The notes under the pieces: model-generated
What the model saw: only the letters and a program-made list of their open reading frames with translations
Told to the model about the DNA's origin: nothing
Databases searched by the model: none
Shown here: piece after piece, positions 8,891 to 17,155 of the stretch
Numbering within the stretch: the first letter of the stretch is position 1
Layout of the letters: each line of letters begins with the position of its first letter
Assembly (NCBI GenBank): GCA_050115915.1
Contig: JASFPP010000001.1
Location: 3,116 to 67,115 of the forward strand
Length of the DNA stretch: 64,000 bases
Reading direction: 5' to 3'
From: Candidatus Aminicenantes bacterium
GTDB taxonomy: Bacteria > Acidobacteriota > Aminicenantia > Aminicenantales > Aminicenantaceae
Made by a program: the position numbers and the translations under genes

Positions 8891-9640
8891 TCAGGCCGTG
8901 CGTTTCACGTTTGATTTTGTGTAGCGTTTTTTGAACAGCAGGGCCATGACGAGTGTATCGAGCAGGATTAAAAAGTTCAGTTTGGTTTTCCCCCGGGTCC
9001 GGTCGATAAACTCGATGGGAACTTCTTTGATCGTGAAGTCCAGGAGGTGGGCTTTGTACAGGATCTCGAGCACAATGGAGGGATTTACGGATATGAGGTC
9101 ATCCAGGTCGATCTCCTCGAGGACCTTTCGTTTGAAACATCGAAAGCCCGAGGAGACATCGCGCACGGGAATGCGGAATTTGCGCCGGATGAAGCTGCGT
9201 ACAAAAAACGTGATGATCCGCCGCACTAGATTCCTGTCCTCATCCTTCCCGCCTTTGACAAACCTGGAGCCGATGACGAGGTCGTAATCCTTGCATGCCT
9301 CGAGGAGCGAAGGAATGTGTTTGGGCTGATGGGAGAGATCCCCATCCATTTCGACGACAAAATCAGGCCTGAGCTTGAGTGCTTCTTTGAATCCGTCGAT
9401 GCCGCCGGCCCCCCGGCCCTTGCGTTTTTTACGGATGAGGGCGTGGATTCTGTTGTCTGTCTCCCCCATCTTCCGGACGATTTCACCGGTTCCATCAGGA
9501 GAGTTGTCATCGGCGACCACAACAGAGAGATCCACCTCAACATCGAGCGCCAGAATCTCTTCGATGAGATCCTCGATATTCTCCCCTTCGTTATACGTTG
9601 GGATCATCACAACGGCTTTTCTTTTGAGTGAGTCTTCCAT
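8891..9640 (-). CDS. GT2 polyprenol-phosphate sugar synthase (dolichol-P-mannose synthase / Dpm1-like)
   Basis: VVMIPTYNEGENI and VVVADDNSPDGT (DxD-type) motifs. The track ORF extends to 9679, but that would overlap the upstream GT9 gene. The internal Met at 9640 gives a non-overlapping start. Confidence 0.8.
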   Translation of the reverse strand: MEDSLKRKAVVMIPTYNEGENIEDLIEEILALDVEVDLSVVVADDNSPDGTGEIVRKMGETDNRIHALIRKKRKGRGAGGIDGFKEALKLRPDFVVEMDGDLSHQPKHIPSLLEACKDYDLVIGSRFVKGGKDEDRNLVRRIITFFVRSFIRRKFRIPVRDVSSGFRCFKRKVLEEIDLDDLISVNPSIVLEILYKAHLLDFTIKEVPIEFIDRTRGKTKLNFLILLDTLVMALLFKKRYTKSNVKRTA

Positions 9641-9647
9641 CGGACGG

Positions 9648-10742
9648 TCAGATGAGTTTTTGGATCTCTTCAAAGACATGCTTTGGAGTGGTGGCCTCCA
9701 TACACTTCATGTCGTCACACGTCTGTTTGTAACACGGAGAGCAGTCCACTCCCGCATAAAGCTTGACTCCCCGGTCGTAGAGGTCGATCTCCTGCGGGCA
9801 GGTCGGCCCGAAGAGGGCGACGATTGTCTTCTCCTGGGCGATGGCCAGATGCATCCCCAGTGTATCCGAAGTAACGACTATGTCCATAAACGATAAAAAA
9901 CCAGCGAACTCGAGAAGAGAGTTGTCGGTCCCTGTGTTGTAGATCTTGTGTTTTGAGTTTTTTTCGATGAATTGGTTCAATTCTCTTTCTCTTTGTCCAC
10001 CCAACAGGAAAATATTGGCTTCGACGTTCTCGCTTAAATAATCGACCAGTGTTAAGTAGTTCAGAGGCGGCCACTGTTTGGTCTCGAACTTCACTCCCGC
10101 ACCCGTATTGAATCCTATGGCCACTCGTCCCTCGGAGATGTCATGCTTTTTAAAAAAATCTCTGGCTCTCGTTTTATGGGAATCCTCGATTGCGAACACA
10201 TAGGGGTCTCTTTTGTATTCGATCTCCGCAGTTTTAGCGATGATCTCCTGGTAGGTCATCGTGTTCTCTTTGAACTTGAGGTCGTCATCGATGCCCAGTT
10301 GATAGGCATATTCCGCCTCTGCATTAAGTGGAATAAGATTTCCCTGGGCATTCATCCCGAATCCGAATTTGTGCGGGCATTTGATAAGGGAGGCTACGGA
10401 GGTAGACGGAGGTTCCTTGTCGAGGGAGATGAGGACTTCGAACTCTTCGACAAGCAGCGGTATAATCGACTCCAGATTGTAGGACAACACCCTGTCGATA
10501 AAGGGATTGTTAAGCAAAAGATCCACACTTTCCTCATCCACAAGCCAGGAGATGTGGCTCTCGGGATATTTCCTCTTTACTCCATGGAGCAGAGCTGTTG
10601 TCCGCAGGACATCCCCCTGCGCCCGGCATTTGATGATCAGAATTTTTTTGGGGAAAGGTGTGTAGTGTGAGCATCCATCACAGAGAATCTTGAATTTACA
10701 GGGTTTGTCTCCTTTAAAGTATAAACAGTCGGCTTTGATCAC
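9648..10742 (-). CDS. GT9 family glycosyltransferase (ADP-heptose:LPS heptosyltransferase-like) with N-terminal Cys-rich extension
   Basis: KILIIKCRAQGDVLRTTALL block typical of RfaC/RfaF-type GT9. The 30-aa N-terminal extension carries CLYFKGDKPCKFKILCDGC (C-x8-C-x5-C-x2-C). Confidence 0.8.
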   Translation of the reverse strand: MIKADCLYFKGDKPCKFKILCDGCSHYTPFPKKILIIKCRAQGDVLRTTALLHGVKRKYPESHISWLVDEESVDLLLNNPFIDRVLSYNLESIIPLLVEEFEVLISLDKEPPSTSVASLIKCPHKFGFGMNAQGNLIPLNAEAEYAYQLGIDDDLKFKENTMTYQEIIAKTAEIEYKRDPYVFAIEDSHKTRARDFFKKHDISEGRVAIGFNTGAGVKFETKQWPPLNYLTLVDYLSENVEANIFLLGGQRERELNQFIEKNSKHKIYNTGTDNSLLEFAGFLSFMDIVVTSDTLGMHLAIAQEKTIVALFGPTCPQEIDLYDRGVKLYAGVDCSPCYKQTCDDMKCMEATTPKHVFEEIQKLI

Positions 10743-10832
10743 GTTTTTTCCTTGGGGTTATATTTGATTCCTATTTATGCCACAAATCCACCGTAAAAAC
10801 AACTCTCCATCGACCAAGGGAAAGTTATCCCT

Positions 10833-11522
10833 TTATCGCAATTTGGGATTTTGAGGGATTGGTTTTTTATGATTTTCAGGAGCTTTGATACAGGTATAAG
10901 CGATATGGGGATACCAGTAGCCCGAATGTTGGGGTATAGGCTCAACGGAAAAGCCGATACTTTGAAGCATGTCCAGATACTCTTTCTGGCTCCGGAAATA
11001 AAATCGTTCGCCCAGTGTGAAGCCGATCAGTTTGACGGCCAGAGTTTCCTGGAAGAGATTCCAGGCGTATTTCCACCGCGGCCTGGTGTCCATTTCTTTG
11101 ATGATAAGGATTCCTCCAGGCAGCAGGGATTGATAACATTTCCGGATGATGAGCTCATGTTTGTCATAGGGGATTAAATAGAGGACGTCGACGAGTGTGA
11201 AAACGTCCCCTTGGGGATAATCCGCCTCGACGACGTTGCCGATTTTATAGGTAATTTGGCCGGCATTGGTTTTTGTTGCGTTAGCGATTTCGATCTTTTT
11301 TTCGTCCAGGTCAAGCCCGATGATCTCTCTTTCAGGCGATCCCAAGCTCAAGATGTTGGGAAAAAGCCCATTGCCGCAGCCCAAGTCGACGATCGTTCCC
11401 TCTTTGGGAAAAAGTCCCTCTAGCTGGAGAAGAGGACAGATCTTCAGCTTGATCTTGAGATAGGCCCGGGTGATGGATCCAGCCTTGCTGTAGTGTTCGA
11501 ACAGCTCTTTTTTATCGATCAT
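10833..11522 (-). CDS. class I SAM-dependent methyltransferase
   Basis: Motif I VDLGCGNGLF and post-I acidic residue; 229 aa. Confidence 0.75.
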   Translation of the reverse strand: MIDKKELFEHYSKAGSITRAYLKIKLKICPLLQLEGLFPKEGTIVDLGCGNGLFPNILSLGSPEREIIGLDLDEKKIEIANATKTNAGQITYKIGNVVEADYPQGDVFTLVDVLYLIPYDKHELIIRKCYQSLLPGGILIIKEMDTRPRWKYAWNLFQETLAVKLIGFTLGERFYFRSQKEYLDMLQSIGFSVEPIPQHSGYWYPHIAYTCIKAPENHKKPIPQNPKLR

Positions 11523-11628
11523 GAGACGATTTTTGGTGAGACTCTTAGGTCGTTTATTGGAAGTTTTTGGAAGCGCATCCTTGACTGCTCAATGTTTGCA
11601 CAGTAAATGTTCATGGTTGATTAATCCC

Positions 11629-13515
11629 TCAATCCATGTAGCGGTTGTACCAGAACTGGAAAATGACAAGCGGCCACAACAACTGCCGGTGGTTGTGTGC
11701 GCCCTGGAGGTGCTCTCCCAGGATTCTTTCGATGGCAGCCGGATTGAAAAATCTGTGCTTGTTTAAATTTTCCGGGGAAAGGACATCCGTGACAAAATCC
11801 TTGAGTTCCTTCCTGATCCAGATGCCCAGGGGAATATCGAAACCGATCTTTTTTCGTGTCAAAATTTCGGGCGGAAGATAGGGGGCCATCGCTTTTTTCA
11901 GGATGTGTTTGGTCGTCAGCCCCTTGAGTTTCAAAGAACTGGGGATGGCCCTGGCATATTCGACGAACGTGTGGTCGAGGAAGGGCACGCGGATCTCCAG
12001 GGAGTTGGCCATGCTCATTCTGTCCGTTTTAACGAGGAGGTCGTCCTGGAGGTAGAGCTTGAGGTCCAGATACCCGATCCGGCTCACAGTGTCATTTGCC
12101 GAACAGTTGTCGAGATGGAAGGAGATGGGAGCGAATACGTCCTGGCTCAATTTTTCATGGACATCGGCCGCAAACAGTTTTTCCCTCTCCGAGGGTCCAT
12201 AAGCCCCCCACCAGATGAAGTTTGCAATTTCAGGAGGATAGTCGATACCCGATATGAATTTTTTAGCTTTGAATTCAAAGCTGAGCCTTTTTCTCGAAGC
12301 AGGAAGGATCTTGACGATGTTTTTAACGAGTCCGTCTCTTATGAACTTCGGCACTTTTCTGTAGAGCCGCGCCACCTGATAGGCTTTGTAGGTGTCATAC
12401 CCGGCGAAGAGCTCGTCCCCACCCTCACCAGCCAGCGCGACTGTGACATACTGACGGGCCAGTTTCGAGATCAAATAAGTGGGGATGACCGATGCATCGG
12501 CCAGCGGCTCATCCATATATTCGATCAGCTTGGGAACCAGTTTTCTCACGAGATTCGACTCCACGACAAATTCCTGGTGGTCGGTCTGGAAGCGGTCGGC
12601 CACGATCTTGGCGTATCCCAGCTCGTTAAACGTCTCCTCTTTGAAGCCAATGGAAAAGGTTTTAATCCTCGTATCCGCCACCTCGCTCATGAGCGCTGTA
12701 ATGGAGCTCGAATCCATCCCCCCGCTCAGGAAAACTCCCAGAGGCACATCGCTGATGAGTCGTCTCTTCACCGATCCTTTCAGCCGCGTGTAGATCTCCT
12801 CCATTATCACGGTTTCGTTTTTTGAGGAACCTAAACCATTGCCCTGTTGGATATCCCAGTATTGTTTGATCTGGACCATTCGATCGTTGACGATCATCAT
12901 ATGTCCTGGCAAGAGTTTTTTTATTCCCTTGAAAATCGTCTGGGGGGCAGGAATGTACTCGAAGCTGAAGAATCGCGACATCCCGTCAAAATCCAGTTCC
13001 CGGGGATAACCGGCCTCGAGGATGGATTTGATCTCGGAGGAAAAAACCAGGGAGTTGTCCGACTGCCAGTAGTGGAGCGGTTTTATCCCCAGCCTGTCCC
13101 TTACGAGAATGAGTGTGTTCGTTTTAAGATTCCAGAGAGCAATGGCGAACATGCCGTTCAACCGGGAGATAAAACTCTCCCCTTCCTCTTCGTAGAGATG
13201 GACGATCACTTCTGTGTCGGACTTTGTGGCGAAAGAGTGCCCCTTCTGGATGAGCTCTTCCCGTAATTCAGGAAAATTGTAGATCTCCCCATTATAGACC
13301 ACCCAGACGCTTTTATCCTCGTTCGCAATGGGCTGGTGTCCTGTAACAAGATCGATGATACTCAGGCGCCGCATCCCTAGAGCGACTTTGTTATCTCTGT
13401 AGTAGCCCTCATCGTCCGGACCACGGTGCGTCATCACAGCGCACATCTTTTTTGTCGTGTCCTCTGCTTCAGGACCCAGGCCGTTGAATCCATAAACGCC
13501 GCAGATGCCGCACAT
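11629..13515 (-). CDS. asnB: asparagine synthetase B (glutamine-hydrolysing amidotransferase)
   Basis: N-terminal nucleophile MCGICGVYGF, PP-loop SGGMDSS, 628 aa. It sits inside a glycan cluster, so it could be a WbpS-like sugar amidotransferase. Confidence 0.9.
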   Translation of the reverse strand: MCGICGVYGFNGLGPEAEDTTKKMCAVMTHRGPDDEGYYRDNKVALGMRRLSIIDLVTGHQPIANEDKSVWVVYNGEIYNFPELREELIQKGHSFATKSDTEVIVHLYEEEGESFISRLNGMFAIALWNLKTNTLILVRDRLGIKPLHYWQSDNSLVFSSEIKSILEAGYPRELDFDGMSRFFSFEYIPAPQTIFKGIKKLLPGHMMIVNDRMVQIKQYWDIQQGNGLGSSKNETVIMEEIYTRLKGSVKRRLISDVPLGVFLSGGMDSSSITALMSEVADTRIKTFSIGFKEETFNELGYAKIVADRFQTDHQEFVVESNLVRKLVPKLIEYMDEPLADASVIPTYLISKLARQYVTVALAGEGGDELFAGYDTYKAYQVARLYRKVPKFIRDGLVKNIVKILPASRKRLSFEFKAKKFISGIDYPPEIANFIWWGAYGPSEREKLFAADVHEKLSQDVFAPISFHLDNCSANDTVSRIGYLDLKLYLQDDLLVKTDRMSMANSLEIRVPFLDHTFVEYARAIPSSLKLKGLTTKHILKKAMAPYLPPEILTRKKIGFDIPLGIWIRKELKDFVTDVLSPENLNKHRFFNPAAIERILGEHLQGAHNHRQLLWPLVIFQFWYNRYMD

Positions 13516-13559
13516 CGTCTTCCTCTGGTTCCCTAATGTATCTGAACACCGTTAGAATA

Positions 13560-13845
13560 TCAATCCCCAACTCGGAGAGCGGAATTTCTGAAACTGTGAC
13601 GGTGATGAATCGCGTCGCGCTTTTGGAAGTTCCAATTGTGTGGTGGAGAAAACCGTATGGAGGGCCGGACGGGCATGGTACATCTCCCCAAGGGAGATGT
13701 GAGGGAGGCCCGGAATCGAGTGAAATTTCCTCGCTGGGGAAATTGAACGTGTTTTCGAAATCAACAATTGGAGCTTTCGGAAAGTCATTCATCACAGTTT
13801 TGGAAAAGTTAGAGACGCGGAAGGAAAACGTGTGCGGGACATTGA
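13560..13845. repeat. copy B of the paralogous ~270-bp conserved element (reverse orientation relative to copy A)
   Basis: Reverse complement aligns ungapped with 2850..3115. It has the identical 22-mer (13639..13660 on the reverse strand) and the perfect 9-bp palindrome ACATCTCCC-caa-GGGAGATGT (13680..13700). It contains track ORF 13469..13867 (-) whose middle 55 aa align with the copy-A ORF. Confidence 0.6.
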
Positions 13846-13849
13846 GGTG

Positions 13850-13858
13850 TGGTATAAT
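13850..13858 (+). promoter_or_regulatory. extended -10 box TGGTATAAT about 29 nt upstream of the B12-radical-SAM gene start
   Basis: TGnTATAAT match, same TGGTATAA(T/A)TTG context as upstream of the 669..2798 gene. Confidence 0.4.
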
Positions 13859-13887
13859 TTGAGCCAAATTTTAAACGGACTGTTATT

Positions 13888-15276
13888 TTGAACGCAAACG
13901 AAGTCATCCTGCTCAACCCGCCGGGGGATAAACTCTACATCAGGGACTATTACTGCAGCTTTTCCTCCAAGGCCAACTACTACTGGCCGCCCCAGGACCT
14001 CATCTACCTCAGCGGAATTCTGGATGGAGAGTATAACGTCCGAGTGATCGATGCTATTATCAATAAAATGTCGGAGGAAGCTGTATTCAATGAGATCGTG
14101 GAATCCAGCGCCCGGGCTTTGATTTTCACAACCGGGACGGCAACGATGCAATCGGACCTCCGGTTGATGGAGCGGATCAAAGCCAAGACCGGTATAAAAA
14201 TTGTGGCCAGTGCTGGGATTTTGCCTTTTGTCGGGGAAGATCTTCTCGAGCGGCATCCCTATGTGGATGCCGTCATTCTGGATTTCACGAGCCCGAATAT
14301 TCGTGTTTTTCTCAAAGAAAACGGACAGATGGATTCACCTCTCCTGGGGCTTATCACAAGGAAAAATGGACAGTTTCTGAAGAGCACAGAGATGCCGCCG
14401 CGGACTTATGCTGTGCCTGTCCCCCGCCACGACCTCTTCGATTTTAAAAAATACCGGATCCCGATCGCCCGGAGATTCCCGTTCACTGTTGTTGTGACGT
14501 CGCTCGGCTGCCCTCACAGCTGCGGATTCTGCACGGCTGGTGCTTACGGTTACAGAACGAGGGATGTGGATGGAGTGATCGAAGAGCTTCGTTTGCTGAC
14601 TCGACTGGGTGTCAAGGAGATCCTATTCCAGGATCCCACGTTCACAATCAACACAAACCGTGTGGTCGAGATCTGCAGCAAAATGGTCGAAAACGCGTTC
14701 GATTTTACATGGAGCTGCAACGCCCACATCAAATCTTTCAACGAGGATAAGATCAAACACATGAAGGCAGCGGGATGCCATACGGTGTCGTTGGGCATCG
14801 AGAGCGGGAGCGATGAAATCCTCGAGAAGTATTCCAAAAAGATCACGACAGACGAGATTAAGAGTACGATTCGCATGCTGAACGCTTATAAGATCCATGT
14901 GCTGGGCTATTTTATCATCGGGCTTCCGGGGGATGACGAGGAATCCATCCGGAAGACGATCGATCTGGCCAAGGAGCTGGATATCGATTTTGCTTCATTT
15001 GCCATCGCTACTCCGGATGTGGGCACTCCACTGAGAGAAGAGGCCCTCCAGAAAGGATGGATGCGTCCCGAGGAGGATGTGTTCGACAGCACGGACTTCC
15101 CTGTGCTTGAGGCCGGAACTCTGTCGAAGGAGGAGGTCTGGAAGCTCAGAAACCAGGCAGTCCGGGAGTTTTACCTCAGGCCTTCTTATCTGTTCAAGAT
15201 GATCCGCCAGATCCGGAGTTTGCGCGATATCCAGGTGGCCGTCTCGAACGCCCTATCGCTTTTCCGAAAATCATGA
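13888..15276 (+). CDS. B12-binding radical SAM protein (HpnJ-like class B rSAM)
   Basis: N-terminal cobalamin-binding Rossmann region followed by the radical SAM motif GCPHSCGFCTAG; 462 aa. The ORF starts at TTG per the track. Confidence 0.85.
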   Translation: MNANEVILLNPPGDKLYIRDYYCSFSSKANYYWPPQDLIYLSGILDGEYNVRVIDAIINKMSEEAVFNEIVESSARALIFTTGTATMQSDLRLMERIKAKTGIKIVASAGILPFVGEDLLERHPYVDAVILDFTSPNIRVFLKENGQMDSPLLGLITRKNGQFLKSTEMPPRTYAVPVPRHDLFDFKKYRIPIARRFPFTVVVTSLGCPHSCGFCTAGAYGYRTRDVDGVIEELRLLTRLGVKEILFQDPTFTINTNRVVEICSKMVENAFDFTWSCNAHIKSFNEDKIKHMKAAGCHTVSLGIESGSDEILEKYSKKITTDEIKSTIRMLNAYKIHVLGYFIIGLPGDDEESIRKTIDLAKELDIDFASFAIATPDVGTPLREEALQKGWMRPEEDVFDSTDFPVLEAGTLSKEEVWKLRNQAVREFYLRPSYLFKMIRQIRSLRDIQVAVSNALSLFRKS

Positions 15277-16121
15277 AAAAAGTCATAATCAATGCCGATG
15301 ACTTCGGACTTGTCCAGGGAGTGAACGAGGGAATAATCAAAGCCCATAAAGAGGGCATCCTGACAAGCACAACACTTATGGCCAACATGCCGGGATTCGA
15401 TCAAGCCGTTGAATTGGCGGGGGCCCATCCGAATTTAGGCGTGGGTGTCCATCTCAATATCCTGAGAGGACAGCCCCTCTCACCGGTCGAGAAAGTGGAG
15501 AGCCTTCTCTCCAAAGACAGATGTTTTGTTCCAAGTGTGCCGCACCTCCTCCGTCGAATCTTGCTTAAACGTATAGGCATCGATGAGGTCGAGCGGGAGT
15601 TCAGGGCACAAGTGGAGAAGGTGAAGAATACCGGTCTCTCCCCCAGCCACATCGATAGCGAGAAACACATCCATATGATCCGGCCACTTTTCCGGATTGT
15701 CCTGAAGATAGCAAAGGAGTACAGGATCAACAGGGTACGGTTTATCCAGGAATGCTGTCTCTTCTTACGGCCCGGACAGATGTTGAAATCGATGCTCATC
15801 TCCCTGTCTTCAGCCTCCTTGAAAAAGAGGATGACGAATGAGGGGGTCCGATCACCTGACAGGTTTTATGGCGTTTGCGACAGCGGCCGGATTACCGCCG
15901 CTAAACTTAAAAAGGTCCTTCACAGAGTGAAGGAGGGTGTTACGGAAATTATGGTTCATCCTGGATTTATCACACAAGACATGTTAGAGTTAGAAACGAG
16001 AATCGGGCCTTATTACATCAATAAATACAGAGAGAAAGAGTTGAGTGCATTGCTCGATGAACGTTTGCCAGATGTCATTGCTGATCTGGGGATTCGGTTG
16101 ATAAATTTTAGTCATTTATGA
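15273..16121 (+). CDS. YdjC/ChbG-family carbohydrate deacetylase (HpnK / NaxD-like)
   Basis: MKKVIINADDFGL..GVNEGI..AHKEGILTSTTLMANMP is the YdjC signature; 4-nt start/stop overlap with the rSAM gene. Confidence 0.85.
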   Translation: MKKVIINADDFGLVQGVNEGIIKAHKEGILTSTTLMANMPGFDQAVELAGAHPNLGVGVHLNILRGQPLSPVEKVESLLSKDRCFVPSVPHLLRRILLKRIGIDEVEREFRAQVEKVKNTGLSPSHIDSEKHIHMIRPLFRIVLKIAKEYRINRVRFIQECCLFLRPGQMLKSMLISLSSASLKKRMTNEGVRSPDRFYGVCDSGRITAAKLKKVLHRVKEGVTEIMVHPGFITQDMLELETRIGPYYINKYREKELSALLDERLPDVIADLGIRLINFSHL

Positions 16122-16136
16122 TCGGTCAAAGATCCT

Positions 16137-17129
16137 ATGGATGAAAAACATATAAATCCGCAGATTTCGATCGTTGTTCCGTTTTATAACGAAGAAGACA
16201 ACATCAAAGAGCTCTATGAACAACTCACCCGGGTGCTTGGAGTGTTGGGCGCGTCGTACGAGCTGATCTTTATCGATGATGGGAGCACGGACCGCAGTCA
16301 TGACATATTGATTAAATTGTTCGCATCGGATAAAACCGTCAAAGTCATCCGGTTGCGTAAAAACTTCGGTCAAACGGCCGCTCTTCAGGCCGGATTCGAC
16401 CATGCCAGGGGAAAGATCATTATATCTATGGACGGGGACCTGCAGCATGATCCCGCAGATATCCCTAAACTATTGGCTCCAATAAGTGAGGGATTCGACA
16501 TTGCCTCTGGATGGAGAAAAGAACGGAAGGATAATTTTCTCCTGAGACGTTTTCCCTCCTGGGTGGCGAACCGCATCATGCGCCTCCTCTCTGGAGTTAA
16601 AATCCACGATTTTGGCACAACCTTTAAGGCCTACAGGAGAGATGTCCTCGAGGGGATCCGGCTTTACGGAGAGCTTCACCGTTTTATCCCTGCCCTTATC
16701 AGCCGGACGGGCGTAAAGATCACAGAGGTTCCGATCAAGAATGTGGTCCGCCAGAAAGGGAGATCCAAGTACGGCCTTTCGCGTATCCGCAGAGTGCTCT
16801 TCGACCTGATAACGGTCAAATTCATCATCAGCTTCATCGATCGGCCGCTGCAGTTTTTCGGACTGATCGGTATGATCCTCGGAGGGATCGGATTCACCAT
16901 CGCTCTTATCCTGACAGTGGGGTTTTACTTTTTTGAGTGGTCGATCCGGGACAACCTGGGGAATTTAATACTTGGTGTGTTCCTGATGATCCTGGGGCTC
17001 CAGTTCGTAATGACCGGCCTGCTGGCAGAGATCATCTCGCGGATCTATTTCACCACACACGAGATGCGGATCTACTCTGTGGCGGAGTTGAAGTCCCACG
17101 AACCTCCCGGGAGTGAAGAAGGGAGCTGA
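16137..17129 (+). CDS. GT2 polyprenyl-phosphate hexosamine/hexose transferase (ArnC/GtrB/FlmF2-like)
   Basis: ISIVVPFYNEEDNI, IFIDDGSTDRS and SMDGDLQHDP motifs, plus two C-terminal TM helices as in ArnC/GtrB. Confidence 0.8.
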   Translation: MDEKHINPQISIVVPFYNEEDNIKELYEQLTRVLGVLGASYELIFIDDGSTDRSHDILIKLFASDKTVKVIRLRKNFGQTAALQAGFDHARGKIIISMDGDLQHDPADIPKLLAPISEGFDIASGWRKERKDNFLLRRFPSWVANRIMRLLSGVKIHDFGTTFKAYRRDVLEGIRLYGELHRFIPALISRTGVKITEVPIKNVVRQKGRSKYGLSRIRRVLFDLITVKFIISFIDRPLQFFGLIGMILGGIGFTIALILTVGFYFFEWSIRDNLGNLILGVFLMILGLQFVMTGLLAEIISRIYFTTHEMRIYSVAELKSHEPPGSEEGS

Positions 17130-17155
17130 CCCAGGCCCTGGAAGAGGATAGGCTG

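Noticed and set aside
11905-12825. 306-aa ORF antisense to asnB
   Set aside because: asnB is unambiguous (MCGICGV nucleophile, SGGMDS). This is an antisense shadow ORF.
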